Below are positions 25,379-37,595 of a stretch of DNA of 64,000 nucleotides, one piece after another. Location of the stretch: assembly GCA_010093815.1 (NCBI GenBank), contig ML996572.1, one strand, 5' to 3'. Every line of letters starts with the position of its first letter. The first letter of the stretch is position 1. The notes beneath the pieces were generated by a model, which was given only the letters and a program-made list of their open reading frames with translations, ran no database searches and was not told the origin of the DNA. This DNA is from Pseudovirgaria hyperparasitica. Its lineage: Eukaryota. The translations under genes were made by a program, and so were the position numbers.

Positions 25379-26706
25379 AACGAATTTGGAGGAACGGTTG
25401 TGAGCATCGGAGACGGCCCCAATTGTGTTCCCAAGTGGCGGACAAATGTTTGCGGTCTTCGGAAGGGTCTTCGTTTGGGAGTGTTTAGAGAAGGGTGGAG
25501 GAGTAGTACGCCTACGTGTCGACGGGGAGACGAAGGAGCAGCCAGGTAGGAGAGGAGTCGGATCAAGCAGCGCAGAGGGAATAGCAACAAACAGACAAAG
25601 ATGCAAAGGCTGAAGATGGGGCGAAGGTGTTGTGTATGTGTGTGTGTGTGTATGTGTTGTTGTGAAGAGGACGGGGTGTATGTATAATGGGATTTCTAGG
25701 GCAGATAGATGGGTGGTAGGAAGCGCAGGATTAGGGTAACAAAAGCTCACGGCGTGCTTCCCAACTGCCAAGAGCCCAATGACAGGGCGTCGACCTACCC
25801 ACGCTTCCAGATTCCGTCTACCCTTTAGCCTTAAGGGACCAGTAATAATTAGTGGGCAGTTGGCAGTTGGCACTCTACCTACTACACTACCTACTACCAG
25901 CACGTCCCCCCAATTCTTCCGTCATTCCTCATATTACTCCTCGCCATCCCTCCCTCCTTTCTAAAATACGCACCCCGGCCTGGGCAACGCGATATTCTGA
26001 TCAGATCTTTTGCGAAGACCAGATTCAGTTTCTTAGTATCAATTTTGAATATCTTCATCTGTGCCCGTCAAGGCACCTACAGGTCTAGTGGGGTTAGCCA
26101 AGTCATCGAATAGACAACAGCTTGCGTGTCCCTTTGCGCTTGTTGTCCTCAGCCTCATAGATTCTGCGCTGCCCGTTCGCTGCTGGGTCCCTTCGCACGT
26201 TACAGCGAGGCCTTTGCTAACTCCGAAACGGAGCGTCCGGCAACGACAGTCGCACGACTCGCAAGGTCGTCTTGTTAACGTGAACCTAACTCCAGAAGCC
26301 GATGTCCGCCTAGAATGGAGATGATGAGTCTCGCGGCCGGCTACCAGATGCCAACGCGCAATCGTAATTTACTTATTTTGTTCTCTAGGTACATTCGTTC
26401 GTTACTTGCTAGATTTAGCTGGTGAACAAGCTTCGCGTTGGCGCCGTTCCAGCATCGGGTATTCCCTATTGGACGAGCCTTGGAGAGACAAGCCCCCCTT
26501 TCCTGTCCATCCTCTCTAGGAATGTATCTCTCCATGGATCGATCTATTCCAACTTAATCTTGTTATTTGGTCTTAGTGCTACAAGCTAGTTGTTGTATTC
26601 TAAAAATAAAGTCCCTCTAAGATTATAGCGACAAACTACGAATTCTAAAATGCTAGTGAGACGTGCTTGGGTTGTCGCTGGTACAAAAACCAAAGGGATT
26701 AGAAAC

Positions 26707-26713
26707 AAAAAAA
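26707..26713 (-). terminator. Pol III oligo-T terminator of tRNA-Ser
   Basis: A7 on plus (T7 on minus) directly 3' of the discriminator base. Confidence 0.85.
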
Positions 26714-26808
26714 CGACATGAACAAGATTCGAACTTGCGAGGCCGAAGCCATTAGATTACTCGAAGGTGAATTCAAGTCTAACCCATTAACCACTCTGGC
26801 ATCATGCC
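26714..26808 (-). tRNA. tRNA-Ser (anticodon TGA) with 14-nt intron
   Basis: Minus strand: GGCATGA/TCATGTC acceptor stem, D-arm CCAGAGTGGTTAATGG, TTAGA-CTTGAA-[intron 26758-26771]-ATCTAA, long variable arm GGCTTCGGCC, T-arm GCAAG-TTCGAAT-CTTGT, then a T7 run. Confidence 0.95.
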
Positions 26809-27004
26809 GAATAATGATTAAAGATTTTTAGTTTCAATATATAATGTTTCCCAGGTTCACGTTTTGCGACGACGCGCCATATACGTCTTGGCAACTAACG
26901 GCCGTGCAGCCGAGTCTACCCACCACTTACCGGGGCATTGTTGGAGAACCAAATATACACGCGCCACGCTCACAGTGATATGAATAAATTGACAACTAAC
27001 AGCA

Positions 27005-27965
27005 CTACAACGTCGACTTCGGCAGCAAACTCCACGCACCGGACGCCTCATCACGAGCCACCCGGCCATCCCGCGCCAACTTCTCCAGCACCTGCACCAC
27101 GCCCTTCTCCGCCGGCTCATGCAGATTCTCCGGATAGTCCCTGTAGATAACCTTGACCATCTCCATCGACCCCCACCGCGACGGCACCACTGCCCCTTCC
27201 TTCTCCCTTCCCAGCACCTCGACAATCTGATTCTCGCGCTGCTTGCGGTGCGCGATATACTCCAGCACCTTTGCCCTGCCGTCGTCAATGACCGGGCCGT
27301 GGCCAGGATAGGCGCGGCCGTGGAATTGGCCGGCCATGCGCTCCAGACTGTCCATGTAGGCGGCGAGGTCCTCGAAGACGGCGGTGCCGTGGCCGAGGAC
27401 GTTGTCGCCCGTGAACATGGCGTCCTCCTCCTCGAGGATGAAGGCCATGTGGTCTGCTGTGTGGCCGGGGCAGTGGAAGGCGCGCAGGGTGGCGCCGTCG
27501 GTCTTGAATGTTTGGCCGTCGGTGTAGTTTGTTTGGCCTGGGTCTGGCTGGTTCTTGTAGAAGAGGGTGTGCGGGGAGAGGGCGCGGAGGTCGGTGATGC
27601 CGCCGACGTGGTCGGCGTGCCAGTGGGTGAGGATTGCGCGGTCGATTTGGATGTTTTCGGAGGCGAGGAGGGATTTGATGGATTGGATCCATGCGGGCTT
27701 GCCCTCGCCTGTGTCGAGCAGGATGCGCTTCGGGCCTTGGCCGATGAGGTAGGTGTTTGTGCCTTTGGCTTGTCGTTATTGACCATTGTTTTGTGATCGA
27801 TTGACTGCTTACCTTGGAGAGTGAACTGCGTGAGGTCAGCCTTGTCTCCGAGTCTTCCATTGTTCATGACATAATGCTTGCCTTCCCGGGATTCCCGCCG
27901 AGGATTCGTATCACTCTACTACTCAATCTCTCAATCTCCGGCAGAGGCGGTAGTGATGCTGCCAT
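27005..27965 (-). CDS. Metallo-beta-lactamase fold hydrolase (LACTB2-like)
   Basis: RILGGNPGK|FTLQG|TNTYLIG, THWHADHVGG, CPGHTADH, FTGDNVLG, YPGHG. Introns 27826-27881 (GC-AG) and 27763-27812; 13-nt middle exon. Confidence 0.92.
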
Positions 27966-28281
27966 TCTCAATCTATGCATTCAGAGACCAGACCTGACGT
28001 ATTCTCCCGCAAGCAATATATATCGACATATCGCTTGGCAGCTTACTGTACCCGGAGACTCGGTGAGCACGTCAGAAAGCAAACCTCGGCGATAAGAGAA
28101 ATTCCTGGATCGGCTCTCAGGTAGCTCTATGTTTCTGGACACACGAACACCAAGTGTCCCGATGCGGTCCATAAATTCTTTGCATCCTTGCGATTTGGTG
28201 TCAGGGCAGCAATTTTTTTTTTACTTTTTTATTTATCATTTTTGGGAAACATACCAATATATTTATATATACATTCCTATC

Positions 28282-29297
28282 ATGATGGACGACGACGACA
28301 TCCCGTATGTGAAAAGCAACACGACGCTCAAAGATTCAGAGAATCGCCTAACGTGATAATTATTCGTTTTCAACAGGTCGCTCCCGGCAGATGCACTACA
28401 AGCCCTGCAGGAGTTTTATAATGAACGAGACACTCGAGCCAAGCAGTTCGACCAGCTCAAGGCCCAGGCCGAGCAAGAAGAACAAGATCGACCCAAGAAG
28501 TGGTCGATGGAGTATTTTACGGAAGACTGGAATGCTTCCCAATTCTGGGTACCGTGATGTCCTTACGACGACCCCCCAGGGTCATAAATAAAGCTCATCC
28601 TGTCCTCCAGTACACAGACGAGTGTGCCACGACATATGCAAGACAGCTGCTCGACAGTGCGACCGATGCGTCGGCCGTGGCAGTGGTCTCTGCACCCAGC
28701 GTGTTCATCCAGCTGAAGAACCTGCTGAGCGCGGGAGCGTACTCTGTCAAGCCGCGCATAATGCTGTTCGAGTACGACGAGCGCTTCGCAGTCTTCAAGG
28801 GCGAGTATACGTACTACGATTTTGCAAATCCGACTCAGTTACCGGGTAATATGACCACCACCGCCATTGTTCACGGTTTTTCTACGCGACCAAACAAGCA
28901 CTCATACGCATGCCAGGCGAACTGAAGGGTAAATTCGACCGCATCATCTTCGACCCACCGTTCCTCAACGAGAACACGCAGACGAAGAGTAATTATGCAT
29001 GTGTTTTCTTCTTTTATGGAGTATTACTGATTGATTCACCCAGCCGCCATCACGGTCAGATGGCTATCACGCAACTGGAACGCACCGGGAACGCAGTCAG
29101 TGACCGACGAGAAGCCCAAGGAAAGCCTGCGCCTGATCGGCAGCACGGGCGAGAGGATGAAGCCGCTCGTGAGCAAGCTGTACGGCAAGGTGGGCATAAG
29201 GACGACCAACTTCGAAGTCGAGCATGCCAAGGGTCTCAGCAACGAGTTCCACTGCTACGCCAATTTCGAATGTGACGCTTGGAAGTGGGCAGCCTGA
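28282..29297 (+). CDS. EFM5: eEF1A lysine methyltransferase Efm5 (N6AMT2 family)
   Basis: ALQALQEF, EDWNASQFW|Y, VSAPSVF, LFEYDERF, DPPFL, GLSNEFHCYANF; four GT-AG introns (first 28305-28375, second 28549-28610). Confidence 0.9.
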
Positions 29298-29637
29298 GTG
29301 GATTGAGAGGAGAAGGTGTCCAGGCGGAGTGGTTTTGAGCGCTGGGTTTGTTGATTTATTGATTGATGCAAGCAAGCAACGACACAATTGCTGGCGGAGG
29401 CAAGTCGCACTGTACCAGGATGCAGCCGCTTAGACCAACCACGACGTTTTCGCCGTCCGGGCCAGAAAACCGTGCGGGGCTACGTCAATTCGACAAATAC
29501 ACCTACTACCTACCTACCTACAAAACCTACTACTCATATCCACTCACCATCTCCCACCACACCCAACACAGCGTGCAAACTCCCCACAAGAACCATCCCC
29601 CCAAAAACAAACCACACAACTCCACATGACCAGCAGA

Positions 29638-30228
29638 ATGGCATCACTACCCTCCTGCATCTTCTGCAAAATCATCAAGGGTACCTACCACCATGCCAAC
29701 CCCCAAGGCCCTTCTCTCTAACAACAAACCCTCTTCCCAAACAGGCGAAATCCCCTCCCTCAAACTCTTCGAAAGCGACAAAACCTACGCCTTCCTCGAC
29801 ATCGGGCCCCTCTCATCCGGCCACTCTGTACGTTACGCTCCCTCCCTCCCCCCAAAAAACCCCCCAAAACCCTTCCCCCAAAAACCCTCCACCCAAAACC
29901 AAAACTAACACCCCCACCCCCCCTTCGCCCAACACAGCTCATAATCCCCAAACACCACGGCGCAAAGCTCCACGACATGCCCGCCGACCAACTAACCGAG
30001 ATCCTGCCCGTGGCCGCGCGCATCGCCCAGGCCGTCGGCTGCGAAGACTACAACATACTGCAGAACAACGGGCGGATCGCGCATCAGGTCGTGGACCATG
30101 TGCACTTCCACATGATTCCGAAGCCGAATGAGGCGGAAGGGTTGGGGGTTGGGTGGCCGGTGCGGGAGGGGGAGGAGGATAAGACGGAGTTGGCGCGGTT
30201 GTGTGAGCGGATTCGGAGTAGGATGTAG
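29638..30228 (+). CDS. HNT1: Histidine triad nucleotide-binding protein (Hint/Hnt1)
   Basis: CIFCKII, AFLDIGPLSSGH, QNNGRIAHQVVDHVHFHMIPK. Introns 29681-29744 and 29828-29937. Confidence 0.95.
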
Positions 30229-30665
30229 ATGTAGATGTGGGAAATGTAGGAGATGGAGGGGGATTCTTTGTGGACTACTTCGGGGTGGTTGATAGGGGGA
30301 GATGGGAGCGGCAAAATCATGCGTCTAGAGAGAGAGAGGGTGGATGTAGTACGCGGGGCAGTCGTCTGATTGGAAAGTAGTGTCGATAATGTCACAACTA
30401 CTTGCTGCGCCAACGCTCTCTCCATTCTCCCTACGAGTACGAGCGCCATGCTGTTATATCCAGTGAAATAATCCCTTGTCCCTGCCCGCCCTGCCTGCCC
30501 TGCCATACACGAGTAGAAATACCAGAACACCAATGATACACCAACAAGGAAACTTGCGTTGCAATGCGTTTGTGGACGAGCAGGTAATGAGGTAGCACCT
30601 GTCCCGGACGACCCCGTATTCAAGCCCGAAAACAAAAGAAAAAAATGTCCAATGTTGAGCTTTCT

Positions 30666-31880
30666 CTATACAGCCTGCTCTCCCCTCGACGTTTCTTCTG
30701 CAACGGCCGCGTTCCTCTCTGGACTCTGCAGTACCAGTTGCTCGTGCCTCCGGACTCTCATAAAGTCACTCAGGCTCTTGATCAAGATAAACCATCCCAC
30801 GATCATTGTAATGTATGCAAAAACGTCATCCGTCGTGATTCCCATTTGAACATTACCGCCGCTATTTCCGCCGTCTGGCATGTCTCCCGGGTTAAAGTTG
30901 TGGTTGTTAGGGTCGCTAGGGGGACCGCCAAAGTCGCCGCTACCGCCGTTACGATCTGGCAGCGGCTCGGGGCTTCCCTTCAATGAGAAGCCGTATTGTA
31001 TGAGGACGACACCAAGACCGGCAAAAGAACCGCGTTTCGCAGCATGTGTAGTATGTAGTAGATAGGTAAGGAGGAACCCGACGACGGGAAAGGCGATGGT
31101 GATCATGAAGTTCCAGAACAGCGAGGGGAGAGACCCGACTGGAAGGCCGTCGATGACGACTTCATCCGTGAGCATGCCGGGTGCAAGAATAGTGGTTTCC
31201 CAGTAGGGCGGCGTAGCATCTGCAGCGGCTTGTTCATATGTCTAATGATCCTGTCAGCCATCTCATTCGTTTCGACTTCTGAGGAGAGTAGTACTTACGG
31301 GAGGCTTCTCTTCCACATCATCACCTGGCGCAGGCTTCGCACTCAGATTCGCAAACACACCGTCATTCCCACTCCCACCCCCAAACCGCCTCATCGGCGT
31401 TGTCGTCGAAAATGCTGGTAGCTGTGTGACGCGCCTCTGTATCTCGCCCGGTCTAGTCTGCGTCTCAGTTGTGTCGTCCGTGTTCGCCCGCATCAACCGC
31501 TGTCGGTCATCCAATCCATCGGCATTCTCATCGTCTGAGCCTTCATCGTCAGAAGGAGAATCAAAGGTATCGGCCAGCGTTTGCTGAGGGTCTTCGTCGA
31601 GTGGGTCTTCGGCAAGAAGACGTCGTGACGCTGCGTTTGGTGACGAGGCGCGCGAGCGGAAGGACGGTGGCGGAGAGTTGGGTATCGGGTAGTGTTGGTG
31701 AGAGGTCTGAGTTATGGGTGACGAGGAAGATTCATCTTCGTCGTTTGCTGCTATCTGCAAGCAAAGTCAGTATGGGAATCGTGGAGTTGCAGCGGTCGTT
31801 CCGAGCATTCAGTGTTGTCGTTGCAGGGAGTCCCGGGGAGGGGCGAGCCATGTACGTACCCTCTCGTAGCGCTGAGGCAT
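30666..31880 (-). CDS. BSD2: Bsd2/NDFIP-type Rsp5 adaptor (metal homeostasis)
   Basis: NDGVFANLSAKP, PP|TYEQAAADATPPYWETT, DGLPVGS, three TM segments. Exon 1 MPQRYER; introns 31755-31859 and ~31242-31298. Confidence 0.9.
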
Positions 31881-32340
31881 GGCGAGCGAGCGAAAATGCC
31901 CGGGAACAGGATGATTGTACGGTAAGAATCGTGGCAAAGGGACAAAGGAAAGCTGGCGAATGGTGCGGGATTGTATAAGACGTTAAAGTAGGAGAGGCGG
32001 CAGGTGAAGTGTAATTAGCAAGAAGGTTCCAGTTGGAGGCGTGGTGCGTGTGTCGCCCTCTGGTCAGCACGAGGGTCTGTCTGGTCACTCAGTCACTGGT
32101 GCAAGGAAGGGGCCGGCGGCTCAGCCACTGTCCACTCATGAGAATGAACTGGATGGTTGACGCTAGTCCGCTTACGTCCGTGTATACTTTCAGTGCACGG
32201 ACTGTCAGTTCGAAATGGATGATGATGCGACAACATTTCCAGCGTCAATGCTTTTCCTCCGTCACCAAAACCTCACTCACAACCAAACACATCCTCAAAA
32301 TAGCCCGCTCTTGACGACAGATCACCACGTTTCGCACACA

Positions 32341-32838
32341 ATGTCCATTCCCAAAGTGCGTATCACGCCATCAGAGAACCCACCGTTCCTTCACAGCCAG
32401 CCAGCCAGCAAGCCAGCTAACTAACCACCCTCTCCTCACCCACAGAACCTCGCATCCAAATACACACGCCTCCTCACCCTCTGGCCCACCGACCCACTCC
32501 GCCAATTCACATTCCGCACCGTCCTCCAAAAGCGCCTCACAAAGCACAACGAGTCTGCCTCGAGAACACAAGCAACAACAACAACAACACCACCCGCACC
32601 CGCACCCGCACCCGTCTCCCCACAACAGCAGGCCTCCGAAGTCGTCCAGATCAATGCGCTCTTCTCGCTAGTCGAGGACCGGTACGCGACAAAGTACAAG
32701 CTATCCGAAAAGTACACGCGGCCGCGCGCGAATCCGGAATACTATGCGCGGTTGATGCGCGAGCTGGACGAGGCGCCGACGAGGTCGCGGTTCAGCAATT
32801 GGGTGAGGAGCTGGAAGGGGTACTTGAGGTGGCAATGA
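32341..32838 (+). CDS. CBP6: Complex III assembly factor Cbp6/UQCC2-like (not in ORF track)
   Basis: MSIPK|NLASKYTRLLTLWPTDPLR...INALFSLVEDRYATKYKLSEKYTRPRANPEYYARLMREL...W. Intron 32356-32445. Confidence 0.82.
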
Positions 32839-33317
32839 GTTTGCCAGTGTGCAGTGTGCAGTGTGCAGGAGCGGAGCGTGCTTTAAAAGAATTATATTTG
32901 GAAGCAGCAAGTGAGTCAGTGGTATGAGGAAGTTCATACGATACGGCTGACAGCATTGTAACAATATCATTGGGTATATTTACTGTACATGATTCCTGAA
33001 TTGTTGTGTACATATCTTTGATTAAAGACTTCACTATACGATGGCTAAGCACACGACACAGAAAGTGACTTCATGTAAGTAGTATATAGTTACACTGATC
33101 ATTACTACGATCAAGAAAGCTTGAGCCCCTCACAACACCCCCGTCCGTGGCTGCACGCAGCTCTAGCTAGATAAATGCGAATGACGCCTATACTACTTTT
33201 ACACCAGTGCGCGCCTGTTCTATATAGTCGTAGGCAACCCTCAACAAAGAGCTACCAATGCAAATATTCACGCGAACAAAAGATCTCTCTCTCTCTCTCT
33301 CTCAGGGTATATCTTAC

Positions 33318-35289
33318 TTACTGCATGACGCCCGTGCCGGGGTAGGACAAGGCAGATTTGGCGGCAATGTTCGCTGCCAATTTCTCTCGCTCCTGCTTCT
33401 CCTGCTCCATCAAGGCACGTTCAGCTTTGGTCACGCGAGGTTTACGAACGGTCGTGCCGCCGCGAGAACCCCGTCCTCCACGACTGCCGGGTCCGCCGCC
33501 TCGACCTGTGGTACCATCGCCTCTGGTAGCACCACCGCGTCCTCGGCCGCGTCCACGCCGGACTGTTCCATCGGCCCTGTAAAGACATTAGATTAATTTG
33601 CATCAAAGCGAAAACAATGGATGCGTACTTCTCTATGGTGGGTTTTGCCCCTTCGGTAAGAAGTGGGCCGCTGTACACGAAGAAACCGTCCTTGGCCATG
33701 AGAGCTTGACGCTCCCAGGCAAGTTCTGTATCGTCGATGAAATCGTCCTCCTTGTCGTAGTCTTCTACCTTCTTTCTCCGCTTCCTTGGCTTTCCTTCTT
33801 CGTTGATTCCTGATGCATCACCTCCATCGACGCCACCCATCTCGACATTGCTGTCAGGCTCGGACAGATCCAGTGACATGTCGTCGTTGGACGCGACACC
33901 GGACGCCTTCTCTAGAGCAGCTCCAGCGGCGGCCATCTGTCGTTTCCTTTCCTTTTGTGCTGCAATCTTTGGGTGCAAGGCAGCGAAGCCGTATTTCTTC
34001 TCTACCTCGCGAGCAAAATTAATGGTCACGTTGTTCTGGCCTTGAAGCGGAAATGTGAGCCAGATGTTGGTCCCTGCAGGAGAATCTCCGTTACTCGTTC
34101 CATTGGAAGATGCGACCGGGCCAAACGGAGTGCCTGACAGCAGACCACTTCCAGTGGGTAGTGGTTGCTCTTTGGCTCGAGCAGGTTTCGTGGGTGGTGT
34201 TGGCGCGGCAGAATTGGTGGCACCAGTCGAGTCTGACTTCTTCATGGCAGCAGGCTTTCGAACCACGTTATCCTTCTCCGAGTCAATATCCATTGCATTG
34301 GACGCAGGCACCACCTGAGTGGCTTTTGGTGGCTCCGTGGCGGCTGATGCAAAGTGAGATCGACTGTTTGCTTGCGGTGAAACAGGCGCAGAAGTGACAG
34401 AAATGTTGGATTGAGGTGTGTACTTCATAGATTGGGAGACATTGTTCACAGTCGGGTTGGGGTCAATAAGACTGTGAATGGAAGGCGACGCGCTAGCTCT
34501 GTGGACGACCTGAGTGGGAGGAGAGATTGGAGGTATGCTACTGGCAGTGTGGCTAGGTCTGCTAAATTCCACGTTGGACGATCGGATAGGGTCGAAATGC
34601 TGGCCACTGGAAGCTGGACGAGGCGGTTGAGTGGCAGCAGCTGGTGCAGAGTACTGCGTCACACTGGGATGCTGGAGCGGCTCTGACACGCGTGCACTCG
34701 TTGAATATTGAGATGGCGACTGATGCTGCGGGTGCAGTATTTGCGGATGCGCCCGCGAAGAAGCCTGCGACGACGATGTGTAGCTTGATTGCTGGGGAAC
34801 GCTGTGGTACTGAGACTGCTGGTCGTGTTGTGAGGGTTGATGGGATTGTGCAGAATGGTGATTAGGCAAATACTGGTCTATTTGCTGTTGGCGAGGCTGG
34901 GGCGTGGTCTGATTTGCAGCAGCAGGAGGAGGATGTGATGATGTTGATGCAGCAGATGCATGTTCTTCCTTGATCTCGCTCGCATCAACAGCAGCAACAT
35001 TGGAGCCAGTCTTCCGCCTGCGAGACTGCACCGGTGCATTTGGATCTTTGGGAGTGCGCGGCTTGCGTGTCTTTTTTTCCTTTGGAGTTTCGTCTTTTAC
35101 GACAGCTTCCTTCTTCTTGCAACCAGGACGTTTCTTGACAGGGGCGTCTGTGGCGGCGTTGGGAGGATTATTACTGTCTGCAACACCACGATTGTTGTCT
35201 ATAGATAGACGTGATGGGCGGGTGGCAGGCGAAGGAACATCAGCGGATATGGAACGCGGAGGCGACGACAGCTCAGGCGAGGAATCCAT
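33318..35289 (-). CDS. HPC2: HIR complex subunit Hpc2 (HUN domain)
   Basis: INFAREVEKKYG and EDYDKEDDFIDDTEL...DGFFVYSGPL; intron 33577-33628; RG-rich C-terminus. Confidence 0.88.
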
Positions 35290-35547
35290 CGTTGCAAACC
35301 TTTTGGTCCCCCCTCTAATACTCTCCACGCAAGAACAGAAGAAGATCAGGTCTCGGGCAATAGCAGATCATCAAACTCTAGCACAAGAATGCAGATATGC
35401 AGACTTTCGATAATATTCCTTTACAGAATATTTGCAGCTCTGCAGTTACCTTGGCCAGTTCCAATATCGATCGAGTTTGGGGGCGTTTGCAGAGAGAGTA
35501 TGCAGGACCAGCAAATAATTAGTGTAGGCAGAAGAAGGGGTCGGGGC

Positions 35548-35550
<3 letters not shown>

Positions 35551-35580
<30 letters not shown>
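35551..35580. repeat. (GT)n microsatellite
   Basis: ~15 GT units seen directly. Confidence 0.95.
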
Positions 35581-35582
<2 letters not shown>

Positions 35583-37595
35583 GCACCACCACTCTGCAAA
35601 AGTCGCGATAGGAGCGACACGACCACGCCGGGTCGAAGCAAAGAAGGATCTCTCAAGAGCTTGTGAAGGTGCAAGCAGTCATAAGCCGATGGAAATGGTC
35701 TGGAGCAAGGCGCGGAATCGGTTGAGCGAATTAGTTTGATGCAAAAGGATAGAGGAGAGGTTGTGGCGATGAAAGAGAGGTAAAGCAGATGATGTAGAAG
35801 GGAGAAAAAGAGGGTGTGAAGGAGAAGAGTGGTTGTGTGAAGGGGGGAAATGGGAAGACGGTAGGGTAAGTAGGTAGTAAGTAGTAGGAATAAGTAGTAG
35901 TAGTAAGTAGGTATGGGGTATGGGAGCGTATAAAAGGATAGGCGGGCACAGACAAGAGCGAACGAGCGTTGCGACGGGCAGAACCACACCAGAACCTGAG
36001 ACTGGACAGCCAGGAGAATGGAGATTGAGTGCGGCTACTGCTAATTACCATTACTGTTACGGCTACTACTAACTGGGTTAACGGAGCAAGGCAGAGGCGG
36101 AGAGGCTCGAAAGCATCAGCATCAGCATCAGCATCAGCCGACGACGCAGTGAACTTGGGGCGACGACTTTGGGGACTTTGGGGACTTGGGGACTTGAAGA
36201 GTTGGGGAAGAAAAGCCAGGAAGAAGGGCGGCGGCGGCGACGGCGGCGGGTGCGGGAAAACGTGGAAACAGAGGTCAAGTGGAGTAAAGAGAGGGACGAG
36301 GGCTTTCTGGAACGGAGCTAAAGCGAAACAGTAGAGAGAGAGACAGAGAGAGAGAGAAGACTCAGCAGACCCGGAATGGCAGACGGGCAGTTGGGCGAAC
36401 AATCACATCACAGCAAAAACAGAAAAACAAGCATTCAAGGGCAACACACCTTGCAATCAATCAACCGGAAAAAGAGGAGCATTCGAGTAGAGCCAGATGC
36501 GCCAAGCCTGTTGCTGATTGGTCGCTTGGCTCCAGCGTATAACCAATGTGGTTAGAGTCAGGGACTGGCTGCCCTGGTAAATCTACGTATTAATTATTAT
36601 AATAGACGCAAACCTCTCAGATATACACTTATCCACCACACCGCACAGTGCACACACGCACCCACACCCACACTCCACCTCTCCACCTCTTTCTGCAAGG
36701 GTTTCCAGTTACAACACTACATAATGACCTACAGCTGTTGTCGTCTCCATTCTGTCTGTCCAGTGTTCCGTTCCAGTTGTCCGCCATCACGCTATGACGA
36801 TGTGCCACTGCTCGTCGCGCACGTTGCCCACATGCGACGCTCGACTGTCTACAGCCCATGCATGCATGTCCCAGCAGTGTGGTGGTCAAAAAGAGAGCTA
36901 AAGCTAGTCAGACGTGTCACTGGCGCTGATCACGATCACACTGCTGCTATTTACGACCTCAAAGACGTACAGTCCTGCACGACTTGTATCGGCCTGCCAG
37001 TCACAATATATGTTCACGGCACGAGGCTCGCTTACAACGTCTGCCTACATCACCTACACGCACGGTGGTGGTCGTGTTGAGGCGACAAGGAATGAATGCC
37101 ATGTGTTCAAAGTTTGAGGTGTCGTCTGAAACTACAGATCCATACAAGGCTAGCCTCAGCGGTGGCCGATCCCGACTGCACGTGAGTCGATCATGCCAAG
37201 CCTTTTGTCGAAGCAGCAAGTGCGACCCCGTACACCCTTCCCTTTTCTGACAGGCTCGTTCGTACATTCCCAATCGAGAGTTTCACTATTATGGCCATCA
37301 TTGAAGTACCTGCAGTGGTAAGAATTAAGCGAGACGGTGCGCACGTCTGCTCAGCCCTGTATTTTCGTCGCTTCCAAATTCTTCTAACCTCAGGTCGTCA
37401 TTGCCATCTTTCTCATACGCATACCTATTGAAGGAATCACACGCTCAATTCGGCTAGCGTCAAGCGGGTACAAGGGTGGCATCCTGCATGCAAGCCCGCT
37501 GTCCAATAGCCGCTAGTGCCACTTTTGAGCTCTAATCGATGCACGCCATCTTTTTCGCCGTCTCCGCCTTGTTCTCCATAACTCCATCCGCCAAG

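Noticed and set aside
25720..26100. Telomerase RNA template (TACCCTAA / CTAACCC on minus strand)
   Set aside because: Less than the ~1.5 perfect repeats needed, and no recognisable pseudoknot.
26200..26240. Hammerhead ribozyme (CGAAAC...GTC)
   Set aside because: The required upstream CTGANGA core is absent.
26060..26350. SRP RNA, RNase P/MRP or U3 identity for the structured region
   Set aside because: No GCTGTAATGGC Alu motif or CAGG..AGCA helix-8 loop, no GAAAGTC CR-I/CR-V pair, no U3 box A, and no terminal CTGA partner for the ATGATGA at 26321.
26857..27867. 336-aa ORF and other long overlapping or antisense ORFs (e.g. 4235-4867, 48629-49372, 29388-30131)
   Set aside because: Shadow frames of GC-rich spliced genes with low-complexity translations; the real products are explained by the exon models.
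35500..36450. ORFs of 100-223 aa upstream of HPC2
   Set aside because: Purine/pyrimidine-biased simple-repeat sequence typical of a long leader or promoter; no protein-like signal.
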